64,000 bases of DNA from Tubiluchus corallicola (taxonomy: Eukaryota; Animalia; Priapulida), in contig JAQGDQ010000604.1 of assembly GCA_030141605.1 (NCBI GenBank), positions 1 to 64,000 on the forward strand, given 5' to 3'. A program made the translations under genes and the position numbers. Positions 38,287 through 50,395 of the stretch are shown one piece after another. The notes below the pieces were generated by a model that was not told the origin of the DNA, did no database searches, and saw only the letters and a list, made by a program, of their open reading frames with translations. Position 1 is the stretch's first letter. Each line of letters begins with the position of its first letter.

Positions 38287-38562
38287 CTGAAAAAAATATG
38301 GAAAACCTTTACTGTAACCAATGGTTACTGATTTTCAGCAGCACACATAACAATACTTTGTAAATGCTACAGAGCAATCTGAAATGTAAGCATGTAAAAC
38401 ATTCGGCAATGAAAAAGATATACACCATTGTTTTGGTGTAGATTTATAATAGCTGATGCTTTGTACACCTCTTGGCATTTTGTTAAATGGAAGTTTGTCA
38501 TTTTGGATAGTTTAATAAATCTGATTTCATAAACTAATTATTGACAATACTTGTGTTTTAAT

Positions 38563-39219
38563 CAGTGGCAGCTCATGTATAGGTACTGTGGAACTGCAGC
38601 ACCACTTATTTTCACTCGATATTATCGATAATATTCAATATAATAAGTCTTTTTTCTTTAGTACTTTCTTCATGCTAAAGGAACCAAGCAAGGGTGTTTG
38701 GCTGTTGTGCGTATGCGGCCATGTACATGTCTGAGCACAGGTAGAAAAAGTACTGTCACTCACACACTTTGTTGGCACATGCTTACTGTGTACGGATCAA
38801 GCTTGAACTGCGACAATTTGGGTATTAGTAAGCAAAAAATTTTTTTTGTTTAGGATTTTATCAGGTTTATGTATATACTTTCATATGCATATGAACAAAC
38901 CAATGCAGTGTTTGGCTGTTGTGCGCATGCGGCCATGTACATGTCTGAGCACAGGTAGAAAAAGTACTGTCACTCACACACTTTGTTGGCACATGCTTAC
39001 TGTGTACGGATCAAGCTTGAACTGCGACCATTTGGGTATTAGTAAGCAAAAAATATTGTTTTGTTTAGGATTTTATCAGGTTTATGTATATACTTTCATA
39101 TGTTTGTTTATTAAAAATGACAACAATAAAATTACATGTGTTTGTTTTGTTTTACACAGCAGTGAAACAACAGCTAAGAATTTTCTGAAGTAATTAATTT
39201 TAGCTTCCACCTGCCACTG
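38563..39219 (+). mobile_element. hAT-like MITE family F with an internal ~210-bp duplication
   Basis: CAGTGGCAG...CTGCCACTG with perfect 8-bp TSD GTTTTAAT. Confidence 0.88.
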
Positions 39220-39449
39220 GTTTTAATACTACAAAACTATCATTTAGAATATTTTAGACTGATACAACAACCACTGTCATGTATAGAAAAGGAGTAAAAA
39301 CATTTAGACAAATTCTGAATCAAACAGTGCATGGAATGCTCAAATTTTATCATTGTAGATTGTAGAAGTCACTGCATAAATGTCCAGGTAGAGAGGCACA
39401 TTATGGCGAATTCAGAAAAGTCTGAGCTAGCCATTCTATGAGACTATAA

Positions 39450-39932
39450 TTAAAGAGGGAAGACAATGGAATTTTAAAATATCTTCCAAAAAATTTCCCA
39501 GTTAGTTATATTTCTTAGCATTATGCTTACCTGCCTAGAAGACGTATGTAATTAAAAAGGAAAATTCTTAGTAATTTAAACTGTTCACACCACCTGGTAA
39601 ACGTTACTGACTGACCTACCCAGTGTGCACCACCGATTCACCGAGAAATGCATGTTTAACTTATTGACAAGATCACATTATTTAGCAAAGTGTGTGTTTA
39701 TGAATGCTCTGATTATTTTTTCAAACTTTGAGCAACGTGATTCCAACTTGTTTCAAATGACTTAGCGTTAAAATAGCCGCGCCTAACAGTCATTGCAGGA
39801 ATTTAAAATTTCAAGTTTTATACAGCATTACTGCTAATACGAGCTCTGCATACAATAAGGCAGTATGTAGGTGATACTAAATTTCAAAGCAATTTTTAAC
39901 TTAATATAAGTAAAGGGTTTTCTTATGCTTTA
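39450..39932 (+). mobile_element. Kolobok-like family D copy
   Basis: TTAAAGAGGGAAGA...GGGTTTTCTTATGCTTTA; colinear with the other family D copies. Confidence 0.7.
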
Positions 39933-39946
39933 CCATAACATGACTA

Positions 39947-40382
39947 CTTATAGTTAAAACACCACGACTTACAAGAAAATAAAAATTACCTATGTATTCT
40001 AATAAGTCTTCTCTTAATGTACAAAGCAGTTCAATTCCTTTAATTTCTTTAATTTCAATTCAATAACTTTATTTTCAAACACTTAGTTTGTTACTTAGTT
40101 TCAAACAAGCTATTTGTTACTGTATTAATTTCTTTTCTACTTATCTGCTTACTCATTACGTATTTGGCTTCTGTTAAATACATAATTAGCGCATAATGTT
40201 CTATACTGTAGACTCTGCCTATATAAACTGGTTGTATGTTTGTAAAATTTACCACTGATGATGACAGCAGTAGCTCTGTCGAAACGTTTGACATGATTTT
40301 TTAACTATGTAAATTAAAAGTTTTTATAAAGTTGTGGTGTTGTAACTATAAATGTTTTTAAGTGCGTGTAATAAAAAATTAT
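39947..40382 (+). mobile_element. Penelope-like element terminal-repeat remnant
   Basis: Hammerhead core at 40255-40284, AATAAA at 40370, a short inverted copy of the 3' end at 39949-39971, and CATGACTA direct repeats at 39939 and 40383. Confidence 0.55.
40251..40292 (+). ncRNA. Minimal type-I hammerhead ribozyme-like motif (degenerate)
   Basis: CTGATGA-T-GACAG(loop)CTGTC-GAAA-CGTT: conserved core, 5-bp stem II, palindromic AACGTT at stem III; stem I has only 2 bp. Confidence 0.55.
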
Positions 40383-40512
40383 CATGACTATTACTATTAT
40401 TATTGTAACAAGAAACTGGAAAACTATGACTTGTATTACTTTGCACTAAAGTTCAGATTTCAGACAATACTCTTTTATTTCATATGCAGCATTATGCAAA
40501 AAAATAACCTAC

Positions 40513-40641
40513 CCAGATAGGAATGACTGCAGGCCGCGTAAAATTGGAGCCCCTCGAATTGATCGCCTGGCGTACGCAATAACGGAATTGTATGACGGCA
40601 GTCCTTCACTAGATGAAGATAGTGATGCAGTATCGTCCAAC
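40513..40641 (-). CDS. CTLD membrane protein exon (cytoplasmic, LPSY motif)
   Basis: LDDTASLSSSSEGLPSYNSVIAYARRSIRGAPILRGLQSFLSG; phase 2 at both ends. Confidence 0.8.
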
Positions 40642-40844
40642 CTACGTAAAGAACTACAATAATGCAGTGCTATGCAAGAGAACAATTTACATGACTGTTG
40701 AAACCCGCTGTAAAAATCTGAAACTGGCACCTGTCTTTGGACACTTACTGAATCAATTCCTCCAGGTATAGTTGCCTTAACATATCTACTAATAATTCTA
40801 AGTTAACATTTCATAGTGCTATTAATAGATGCTGAGTTTGCAGG

Positions 40845-41395
40845 CAGTAGCGGCTCGTGCATAGATACTGTGGAACTGCAGCATCCCCTATTTTCACTCA
40901 GTATTATCAAAAATATTCAATATAGAAAGTCTTTTTTCTTTAGTTCTTTCTTTGTACGTATATGGAACCAGAGCACGTGAGGGTAGTACTGTTTCTTCAC
41001 AGCCTAGCACAGTGGTGGTTCAACTGTTGTGTGCATGCGGCCATGCGCACATGTCTGAAATAACCCGCTGTACGCTGCACAGCTAGCATCTGCTGCTAGG
41101 TGGAGAAAGTACTGTCACTCATACAATTTGTTACCAGTTGTCATGAGCTTAAAAACCAAGTACAGTATATTCTTGAACTGCAGCAATTTAGGCTATTCGT
41201 AAGCAAACAATATTTCTTGTTTAGGATTTTGTCAAGTTTGTGTCTAAATTTGTGTCTCTCTGTTTGTTTAAATTAACAATTACATATTACAACATTAAAA
41301 TTACATATGTTTGTTTCATTTTACGCAGTATTAAAACAATGGTTAAACATGTTTAGAAGCAGTACCCCACAAATTTTAACTACGGGCCGTCACTG
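40845..41395 (+). mobile_element. hAT-like MITE family F copy
   Basis: CAGTAGCGGC...GCCGTCACTG; colinear with 38563-39219. Confidence 0.75.
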
Positions 41396-41633
41396 TATAC
41401 AACGCACAAAAATACCGTATATATAGTTTCACACAACAAATCAATGCGATGCAGCATTTAAAAATTTCTCTATTAAGCAGCGTAAACGTAGGGTCACTAC
41501 GAGCATTCATAAGTCACTAATGCTTAAATCTCTACTGACATCACATTTAATAATAAAGAAGTGTTATCTTAAAAAGCTAAAGCTCAGTTCAAGCAATTAC
41601 TTTATTTGATGGGCTTATGATGAAAGCATTAAT

Positions 41634-42192
41634 CGGGGCTGTGGGGTCGGTACATTAAACTCTTCGACTCTGTTTCTGACTCCAGCTCCTAAAATTTTAG
41701 ATCCAACTTCAATTCCTAAAATTTTAGGAGCCCAACTCCTGACTCCAACACTGACTGCAGCCTTTAAGTAATAGTTTGTAGTATTCGGAGTCCGCAATAA
41801 ATTTACTGCTAAAAGAGTCGGAGTTGTTAAAGCTTAGGGTTTTGGAGTCGGGAGTACACTCATTGTTAAAGGAGTCAGTGTTTGAATCAGTAAAAAATAA
41901 ACAAACTCAAACTCCAGTTACTTTTAACATTTAATGCATAACATTCCATTTTGGGACGCTTGCATATTAGTGTCTATGCAGCTAGACTGTTTTTCGAGCA
42001 TAAGAAGTAATGACGAAATGTCATTGTAGCTAAATATTCAGAGTACTACAAACTATTACTTAAAAGCAGGAGTTGGAGTTGGGGCTCCTAAAATTTTAGG
42101 AGTCGGAGTCAGAGTCGGAGTTGGATCTAAAATTTTAGGAGCCAGAGTCGGATCCAGAGTCAGGAGTTTAATGTACCGACTCCACAGCCCTG
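41634..42192. mobile_element. Fold-back MITE with long TIRs and GGAGTC subrepeats (hAT-like)
   Basis: CGGGGCTGTGGGGTCGGTACATTAAACTC...GAGTTTAATGTACCGACTCCACAGCCCTG; the inverted similarity extends over 100 bp. Confidence 0.82.
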
Positions 42193-42823
42193 TTAATTAC
42201 ACACGACCTTTCATCAATTAGTGTCAACCAAAACCAAGTAGCATTGACCTGTTAAAGTTGTTCACTAAAGAGAATTTTAAATAACTTCTGCAAAAATGGG
42301 CGTTAAACATTTTTGGCACTAACATTAGCCCTAAGCCATAGTTGCTGTTCTAATTGCTAAGCTCTTGGTAATGCTTACATGTTACGACGCTAAGCTGCAA
42401 TGCTCAGTCAATCGTGAAAATAACTGTGAAAGAACGTACTGCCACAGTTTCCTAAATACGTTTAGAGACTAAATCATGCATGATAATTAAACATACTCGT
42501 CTAGCCAACCACTATACTCCAGTGAATCCAATCATGTTTTAAGCTTCTATTGTTATTAATAATGCAGCAAAAGGTGTGTTACGTGTGACCATGGCTTGGA
42601 CAGATCTCGATATCCATGTCCCGCATAGCCAAGTTTTTATATCGTTTAGATTGCTATGCCCTGGAGTGTGGCCACTAGGCATTCGTTTTTCAAAAAATTA
42701 TTTCTGCCCGAGATGTTACTGATTTTCTGATGATTTAAGTATTGTTTCAATGGGAAAGGTATTTTGAGCACCATGTCAAAAATGGCACAAGAGAGCATTC
42801 TCATTAGATGTGAATCAGTGAAT

Positions 42824-42824
42824 C

Positions 42825-42858
<34 letters not shown>

Positions 42859-43062
42859 GAGGGAGGGAGAGAGAGAGGGAGGAGGGAGGGAGAGAGAGAA
42901 GGGAGGCAGAAAGGACGGAGAGAAAAAAAGAGAGACAAGTAAAGAGAACATTACGAGAGAAAAAGCATTTAGAGGGACAGAGGCAGACAAAAGAAAGAGA
43001 CAGGGGGCAGAGAGAAAAATGGAGAGAGTGGCGAAAAAACAAAGACAGTGTGTGAGAGAATG
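42824..43062. repeat. (GA)n microsatellite and purine-rich low-complexity tract
   Basis: Directly visible. Confidence 0.92.
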
Positions 43063-43180
43063 AAAGGGATGGAGAAAAACTGTCAAAAGTCAAAGTACAA
43101 CCTGTTACTTTTAGAAGCAAATACCGAATCACTTAAGAATAATAGCTAATAGGCTGAGTCTATCTCTGATCAATACACAC

Positions 43181-43300
43181 CTCGTATTTCTGGTGATATA
43201 GTCGTATGATGGCGGACTAAGAGAGTCATAATTTGGTGGAATGTTTTCGTCGACAGCTACTGCCTCAGTGAGTCTAGTATCACTACTGTCCTCATCCAGC
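43181..43300 (-). CDS. CTLD membrane protein exon (PPNY and PPSY motifs)
   Basis: LDEDSSDTRLTEAVAVDENIPPNYDSLSPPSYDYITRNT; tttttag|...|gtgtgt; phase 2 at both ends. Confidence 0.85.
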
Positions 43301-43304
43301 CTAA

Positions 43305-43878
43305 AAACATGAACACAGTTTACATCAATGAGTGACATATGCGTCTAACTAACCCAGGCAAAACTGAACACAGTTATGGCAATGAATGGCAAATGCCTGT
43401 AACTAACCCAGGCAAAAATGAACACAGTTATGGCAATGAGTGACATATGCCTGTAACTAACCCAGGCAAAAATGAACACAGTTATGTCAATGAGTGGCAA
43501 ATGCCTGTAACATATTTACGAGAACTAATCCAGGCAAAAATGAACACAGTTATAGCAATGAGTGGCAAATACCTGTAACATATTTACGAGAACTAATCCA
43601 GGCAAAAATGAACACAGTTATGGCAATGAGTGGCAAATGCCTGTAACATATTTACGAGAACTAATCCAGGCAAAAATGAACACAGTTATGGCAATGAGTG
43701 GCAAATGCCTGCAACATCTTTACGAGAACTAATCCAGGCAAAAATGAACACAGTTATGGCAATGAGTGGCAAATGCCTGTAACATCTTTACGAGAACTAA
43801 TCCAGGCAAAAATGAACACAGTTATGGCAATGAGTGGCAAATGCCTGTAACATCTTTACGAGAACTAATCCAGGCAAC
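43305..43878. repeat. Minisatellite with 54-bp units followed by 68-bp units
   Basis: AACTAAYCCAGGCAAAAATGAACACAGTTATGGCAATGAGTGGCAAATGCCTGT, with or without AACATATTTACGAG. Confidence 0.95.
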
Positions 43879-44140
43879 TCATCCATGACCACATCCCTCA
43901 CAAAATAACAAGTCAGATGTCGTATAAAATGTTAAAGTCGAGAAAAATCGTTACTGTTTAATGAACTACATAAACTGCTTTCTGGCATTTTATTTAAATC
44001 TTAGAGAAACGGCTAGCTAAGAACATCTCGGAAAAACGAGTGCTTGTACTGATTATCCGATCTTACGTAAATACTGCAGCCATACCTGAGGCAATGCTTC
44101 TGCCTGCTACTGCCGACCCACTTGCACAGCTTATCACAAT

Positions 44141-44922
44141 CAGTGATTAAAGTGCATCAGGTCTGTCAGGGTCGCAGACCCGGAACCTAAAGTTACAGAC
44201 CCTGCACCTAAAGAAAAACAGTGTCTTCCCGGGTCGTATACTTAATTTTCTCACCATTTAATCTATAAGCGTATCCGTAAGACACGTTAGTAGCACAATA
44301 TCCTTTGAGTCAACAAAACTGAACTGCAAACGATAAAAATGGATACCTCATTGTTGTTGTAACTTTTCAGGAAAAAAGAAAAACGTTTCTTGAGAAATTG
44401 TGCACAAGAATAATGAGTTAACTCATTTTATCACCTAGTAATTTACTTTACTTTAGACTTGAAAAGTTAAGTGCAACAAAATTTAGCTGTAATCAGTTGA
44501 CAAGAACTGTGTGATTGTCTTTGGCAGAAGTGTATCAACATGTAAATTGGAGTTAGTGCACCTTGCTGTATTTTGTTTGCTCAGTGATTCTCCGTGGTTA
44601 AACGGTTTGGATAGGCTAAGATTTATACTGGGTAAAGTATAAAAGCTAGTGAATGAAAACTACTTAATTCACTGATTAAAAAGCAATTGCTGTTTTTGAA
44701 TTAACATCTAAATTTTGCGCCCTTAATGGCAAAAAAGGTTGAAAAATTGCTTACTAAACTGACCTTTTTCGACCACTAAAATCTCAAAAGCCTAAAACCA
44801 AGGAAAATATAAGCCCCGGTTCCCACTGAAGCAGCTTACAGCGCTCTCCCAGACCTCCTAGCTGTTTCTTGTTTCTGTTCGCCATGAGACCCCTTGCCTA
44901 ACTAAATACACTTTAAGTACTG
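44141..44922. mobile_element. hAT-like non-autonomous element
   Basis: CAGTGATTAAAGTG...CACTTTAAGTACTG; flanks ATCACAAT and ATCACACT (7/8 match). Confidence 0.72.
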
Positions 44923-45030
44923 ATCACACTGTATTGTCAACCTGATCTAGAATAACAAATCAATCCATCAAATTACTGAGATCCTCCGTTAAAACAGTAG
45001 CAAATGACACTTTGTACATTTGAGCATTAA

Positions 45031-45662
45031 CCCTTTCATATCCGTTGTATCCCGTGGGATGCAAGAATATTTTCTGCCTTTAAAATTAATAAAATTTTAA
45101 AACTGACAGTTATTTGATCTGTTAATAGTTATTTTGATTTAAGCCAATAACAATAGACTAAAATGGTGATAAAATGGCAAATTAAAAAATCTACATAGCA
45201 TAAAAAACTGCGCAAGGTACAGTACTTTAGAGATGACTTTGTACAGATCAACATAGCATGCATACTAAATGTCTTAAATACTTTAAAAAATTATCAGCAG
45301 TTGCAAAATGTATAAAATGCAACGTGTTCTTATGCTTGCAACAGGATCGTAATTGCTTCTTGAGATTCCACATGTAAATTCCATGTTGAAATTGCACATA
45401 AGTCAGAATTTTGTAATAAAATTCCAGGACTTCATTAAATGTAATGAATAAACTTCAGATTTCCAAATATACAGCATTTGCTTTTTATCATGTTTAGCAT
45501 CCATTGAATCTCAATGTATCCCGTGGGATAGAGGATATATTTAGTGTATGGGCACAGGTAGAAAAAAAAATTATTATGTGTAAACAAGATGGACATATTG
45601 AACAAAAGTACCAAGCCAAAAAATTTTTTTCTTATTAAAAAAATAATTTGGGACTGAAAGGG
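45031..45662 (+). mobile_element. piggyBac deletion derivative retaining the transposase C-terminal Cys-rich codons
   Basis: TTAA|CCCTTTCA...TGAAAGGG|TTAA; 45309-45377 encodes CIKCNVFLCLQQDRNCFLRFHM*. Confidence 0.92.
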
Positions 45663-45687
45663 TTAAATTTTAATATCACATTCATTT

Positions 45688-46163
45688 TCAAGGGGAAGAA
45701 AAGGCAATTCTAAAGTGCATTCCAAAGAACTGTTCACACAAAGTTATATTGATTAGCATTACGCTTACTTGCTAGAACTAGAAAAGAAAGTTTTTTGTAA
45801 TTTAAAAAGGTCGTGCCACCTGGTAAAATGTCACTGAACCACCTTCCCAGCATGCACCACTGACTCACCAAAAAATGTATTTTTAATCTTATTGACAAGA
45901 TGCAGTAATGCATACTTTTGCCCATTTAGCGAAGAGTGCACTACGAATGCATTGATTTTTTCAAACCGTACGCAATGTTATCTAAACTTGTCTCAAATGA
46001 CTTACCGTTAAAAGTGGCTGCACCTAACGGGAGTTTACACATTTTGCACAGTGTTGCTGCTAGTACAAGCTCTGTATGCAATAAGGCTGCTATGTAGATG
46101 ATGCAAAATTTCAAGATCAATTTTTTTAGCTTTATGTGAGTAAAGGGTTTTCTTGTGATTTAA
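45688..46163 (+). mobile_element. Kolobok-like family D copy
   Basis: Colinear with 52028-53012; ends GGGTTTTCTTGTGATTTAA. Confidence 0.7.
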
Positions 46164-46266
46164 CATTTGCAAATAACTTCCATACTTATTTTAGTAATCA
46201 CCATCATTTTTTAACATCGGTGGCATGCCTGAAACCCAACAGCATACATGACTCTCACCAACTAAC

Positions 46267-46366
46267 CTTGTTTTGCCTGTCACCACCTTGAAGATGAAAT
46301 ACGGAACAAGAAAGACGGTGTAGATGGCGCTGACAATAGTCCCGCAGATCATGTAGTGACACGATA
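46267..46366 (-). CDS. CTLD membrane protein exon (post-lectin transmembrane helix)
   Basis: VSCHYMICGTIVSAIYTVFLVPYFIFKVVTGKTR; phase 1 in, phase 2 out. Confidence 0.85.
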
Positions 46367-46847
46367 CTGTAATAGACAAAACGTGATCAAGTTTAAGAGA
46401 AGTCAAATGCTGTGTTTATGAGCGAACGCAAACTTTGCCTCACAACTCGGCACAGATTTTACTTTCACAGGTAAGCAACACTGGCTCAGAAGATTAATTG
46501 GATGAGTGTTGCAATATCCATTGTTGGTCAAATGCTTCCAGATTCAAATGAAAGCGTGTGGAACCAATGGGTATTCCATCCCTTCTCTTTTTACAGCCAA
46601 TTTTTTCACACTGGTCAATCTGCTGTATTTGGTCAATTTGGTAAATGCCGCCATTTGGTAATATTTGGTCAAAATCTTAACAGAAAAAAGCACCTTAATT
46701 TATGAAAATAGCCGATCGCTCAAATATGCACAGCAGAGAAAATTTTAAAAAAGAAAAAACTGTAAAAAAGCAATTTTGTGACTTGTTCAGACACATCTGC
46801 AGTCATTAGTCACAGACTTCTGTCCAGTAAGCTGACCACAAGCTGTC

Positions 46848-47860
46848 CAGTAAGTCCTCGCTTAACGACTCACAATTCAGCAACGTTTCATTTTCACAAC
46901 GCTGAACATTTGACACTTTTCCATGCCTAACGATGCACATTTCACTTTAACGACAATTTTTTACTTCACTCAAAGCCACTTTTTATTTTATCAACAACTT
47001 TATCACCTAATTTGAAGCATTAGAAACGGTAGATATTGCATTATTCTATTCTATAAACGTACTAATCACCTAAAACACTAGAATCATATATTTTTGCTTC
47101 GTGACTGTTGTGTTTTGTTTCTCTGGAAGGCTCGTAGAGAAAACCAGAAAACACTTCATCAAATTAAACTAGTTTATTAAGCGAGAATTCTACAACACAA
47201 AAGTATGAAGAAACGCGAAACGATTACAGTAAACGTGAAAATCTGAAAAACGTTTGAGTGTATCTGAAAATACAAGTACACAAGAGAATGTGTATGTGGC
47301 GTCCGTGTGGAATCTGCCTGCGTTTGTCAGCGGCCTGCTTCGCCTTATACAGAAAATTCTACAATGTTCTATTTAATTCTAATAGATGCCAGCAATCTCC
47401 ACAACAACAGTGACCAAAAATATGCATTTACTGCTAGCCGTTTGTACCAAGCTAGATCTATATATACGCCTCTAGACACCTGAGTTCAAACTTTACGTCA
47501 AGGAAATGTGTCTGCAACCACCTAGATCCCAAGGTCGTTCCAGGGCTTGGCTTCCACTACACAGTGTTGAACAGCTAGCTGCCAATATGTAAAACTTCAA
47601 TGTTAGTGAAAGAGAAACCCCAGGCAAGTCTAGCTAGGTATTGATAAGAAAAATATATGGTTTCAAGCAAACAGAAAGAAACTAAACAGTAGGAATACCA
47701 ATAAATATATATGATTTAAGCAGTGATGATTTTTGCCTCAGGAATGTATCTCAATTCTTTTACATTACTTTCTACGGAAGTCTTGGTTTCATTTAACGAT
47801 GTTTCGCTTAACGTCACATTTTGCTGGAACGCATTAGCGTCGTTAAGCGAGGACTTATTG
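46848..47860. mobile_element. pogo/Tigger-like MITE interrupted by a solo LTR
   Basis: TIRs CAGTAAGTCCTCGCTTAACGAC...GTCGTTAAGCGAGGACTTATTG. Confidence 0.8.
47106..47409 (-). mobile_element. Solo LTR (304 bp)
   Basis: TGTTGT...ACAACA termini, perfect 5-bp TSD GTGAC, minus-strand AATAAA at 47173-47178. Confidence 0.75.
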
Positions 47861-48431
47861 CATAATTTCAAGCCACAATTCAAAAGGCAGTATCTGAAAC
47901 AAGGTAATTTGCTGATTGTTGAGTTTCAAATAAAAGATTTGCAAGAACACGTTTTAAAGCGAAACCGAACCTAATCTTAAATTGCAGGACAAAACAATCT
48001 ACTCTTTAAAATATTGAAAGGAAACATACTATGTTTTTCACAAAACCTCTCAGTTCAGACGTGTTAGTTTGTGATGAACTACACACGTTCGACAGCACAT
48101 GTGTGAACACAGCGGTAAATTGAAATTTGAATTTTTTCTTAAAATTTGCCTAGTTTAGTACAACATACTGAAAATCTTACAACAGCACTGTAATTCAATT
48201 TTTTCTTCCGCAAACACATGCAATACGATTGTGGAATATTTTTGCTATGGAAAATTATGCGAGTTTGTGACGTCATGAATAGTTGGGCTCGCCTGCCATT
48301 AATTAAGTTTTTATTATTTAATTATCAGAAACACTTTTGCACTATTAATTAAGTTAAAATGCATACTTTTTATCAGACTTGAAGATGGGATAGTATATAA
48401 AAAATCATCCTGTCTTCCTTTAACAACAAAC

Positions 48432-48605
48432 CTGTTCGTTTGCAGATGAAAGCGCTTTCCTCAGTGCAGTTGTTAGTTACCCAGGCCTCGTTATTCCAAT
48501 TTGTCAGGCTGTCTGTTGTCTTGATGGAGTACAATAGGCACTGGTTTGACTCTCTCACATTGTTCGCCCGAGCTTTGTAACTCATCTGTATTTCCGAGTT
48601 AACGG
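48432..48605 (-). CDS. CTLD membrane protein exon (lectin domain, C-terminal half)
   Basis: VNSEIQMSYKARANNVRESNQCLLY...EAWVTNNCTEESAFICKRT fits the CTLD C...W....C......FIC pattern. Confidence 0.9.
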
Positions 48606-49059
48606 CTATAATAACACAGTAGGGCTATAACAACACAATCAAGTCACAATACGATACATACCACGATACTAACCTCATGATACAATACGTGTCACAATAC
48701 TAAGCTCATGATACAATACGTGTCACGATACACATTGAGTTAACATTTACAGGTTTTATAAAAAATTAGATAAAGCTGTTGATATATTAGATTTATCAAA
48801 CAGTTTTTAAATTAGTAATTGCTAAAATAATTCAGCAAACTGTTTGATTTCTGTTTATACTCTTGTATCATTTGCATTGTAAGCCACCAGAAATGCAAAA
48901 CATTTCAATACTTTTTGATTTCAAATATTCTGGTGCATTTTCTAGTCCACATTTGCTGTAAGCCACTTCAGAAATTTATAAGCAAAAATGTAATTAGCCT
49001 ACTATATATTATCATAAACATGATATATTGTAATTATTATGTTATATCTTATACTTCAC

Positions 49060-49322
49060 ATTAATGTAATCGCGATCACCAGTTTGGCATTTAATGTAAT
49101 CACGTTCACCTGTTTGGCATTTAATGTAATCGCGATCACCAGTTTGGCATTTAATGTAATCGCAATCACCAGTTTGGCATTTAATGTAATCGCGATCACC
49201 AGTTTGGCATTTAATGTAATCACGATCACCAGTTTGGCATTTAATGTAATCGCGATCACCAGTTTGGCATTTAATGTAATCGCGATCACCAGTTTGGCAT
49301 TTAATGTAATCACGATCACCAG
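49060..49322. repeat. 30-bp tandem repeat, about 9 copies
   Basis: Unit TTAATGTAATCGCGATCACCAGTTTGGCAT. Confidence 0.97.
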
Positions 49323-49620
49323 AGTGGTGAATAATTGTTAAACAATAATAGATAGATCAATTTTGCATATTTATAGCTGTGCACAACATTAAAAGTAGAT
49401 TTCAAAAAATTTTAATATACTATTTGCTTACTCTTTACTCATTAGCTATAATTAACATTTTAACTAAAAAAGAATTGGCCATTTTCTAGTAACTTTGAAT
49501 TAGCTTCACTTTCTTATGTTGTAGATCCTGGTCATAGATGAAATAAATAATGAATTACACTAAATATTATCGGCTAAGGCACGATAAATTGATAATCAGT
49601 GCACAGTAGGTTGATAATAC

Positions 49621-49735
49621 CTTCATAGGAATTTATCTTCCAGGACCATATGCCAAGATTATTGCTGGTTGCACCAATGTACCAAGTGCCATTTGTTCCA
49701 ATGGATGCAAGCTGCCTCCTAATGAACAGGTCTTC
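49621..49735 (-). CDS. CTLD membrane protein exon (WIGL-like strand)
   Basis: EDLFIRRQLASIGTNGTWYIGATSNNLGIWSWKINSYE; phase 0 in, phase 1 out. Confidence 0.9.
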
Positions 49736-49930
49736 CTAGAGAATACAGCACAGCAAGCTACATTATAACAAGTAAACAAATTCATGCTAGATTATTTAAG
49801 ACCCTTTTCTTTCGAAAATTGTATGATTAAAGGAAAAGACAAGTCATTTAGCACAATGGATTTATCTTACTGCATTCACTTAAACTTAGAAAAATATAAG
49901 AATAACAATCTATAAAGTAATACTGTTATA

Positions 49931-50005
49931 TAACCTAGCCACTGGCGGGGGGAGCCAGCCCAACTCAGTGCCAGTCCCAAGCCCGGATAAATAGAGAGGG
50001 TTAGG
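49931..50005 (+). ncRNA. Twister ribozyme fold (type P1 with P3) at the 5' end of the RTE element
   Basis: U^AA-CCUA-GC-[CACUG...CAGUG]-CCAG-UCCCAAGC-CCGG-AUAAA-UAGA-GA-GGGU follows the twister element order; one mismatch each in P2 and P4. Confidence 0.8.
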
Positions 50006-50395
50006 GTCAGGAAGGGCATCCGCCTGTAAAAACTGCACCAAAACCTTCTATGAATGAGTCCACAAAGAAGTGGTCAGACCCGCTCTAATCTATGGGCTGG
50101 AAGCAGCTTCTCTAAAGAAGACTGAAGAGAAGAAAATGGGTGTGGCGGAGATGAGGATGTTGAGATGGATGGTGGGAATAACAAGAAGGGATAAAATCAG
50201 GAATAATAATATCAGAGGAACAGTAAAAGTAGTGGAAGCCTCGCAAGATTGTGATGGTATGGACACCTGAAAAGAAGAGTCGGTGAAGGTCATGTGGGAA
50301 GGGAAGACATAAATGAAGAGATGGTCAACAACAGGAATGCGTGGAGAAGACTCATTCACAATGGCGACCCTGAATAGGGAAAAGCTGGGAAGAAG
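49931..50395 (+). mobile_element. Non-autonomous bipartite RTE-clade retroelement
   Basis: RTE-type 5' UTR (CCCAAGCCCGGATAAA...AGGAAGGGCATCC) fused to post-RT codons VVRPALIYGLEA...EMRMLRWMVGITRRDKIRNNNIRG; 3' end GCGACCC...GGGAAAAGC with (GAA) tail; 17-bp TSD AAAGTAAT(A/G)CTGTTATA at 49914-49930 and 50396-50412. Confidence 0.9.
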
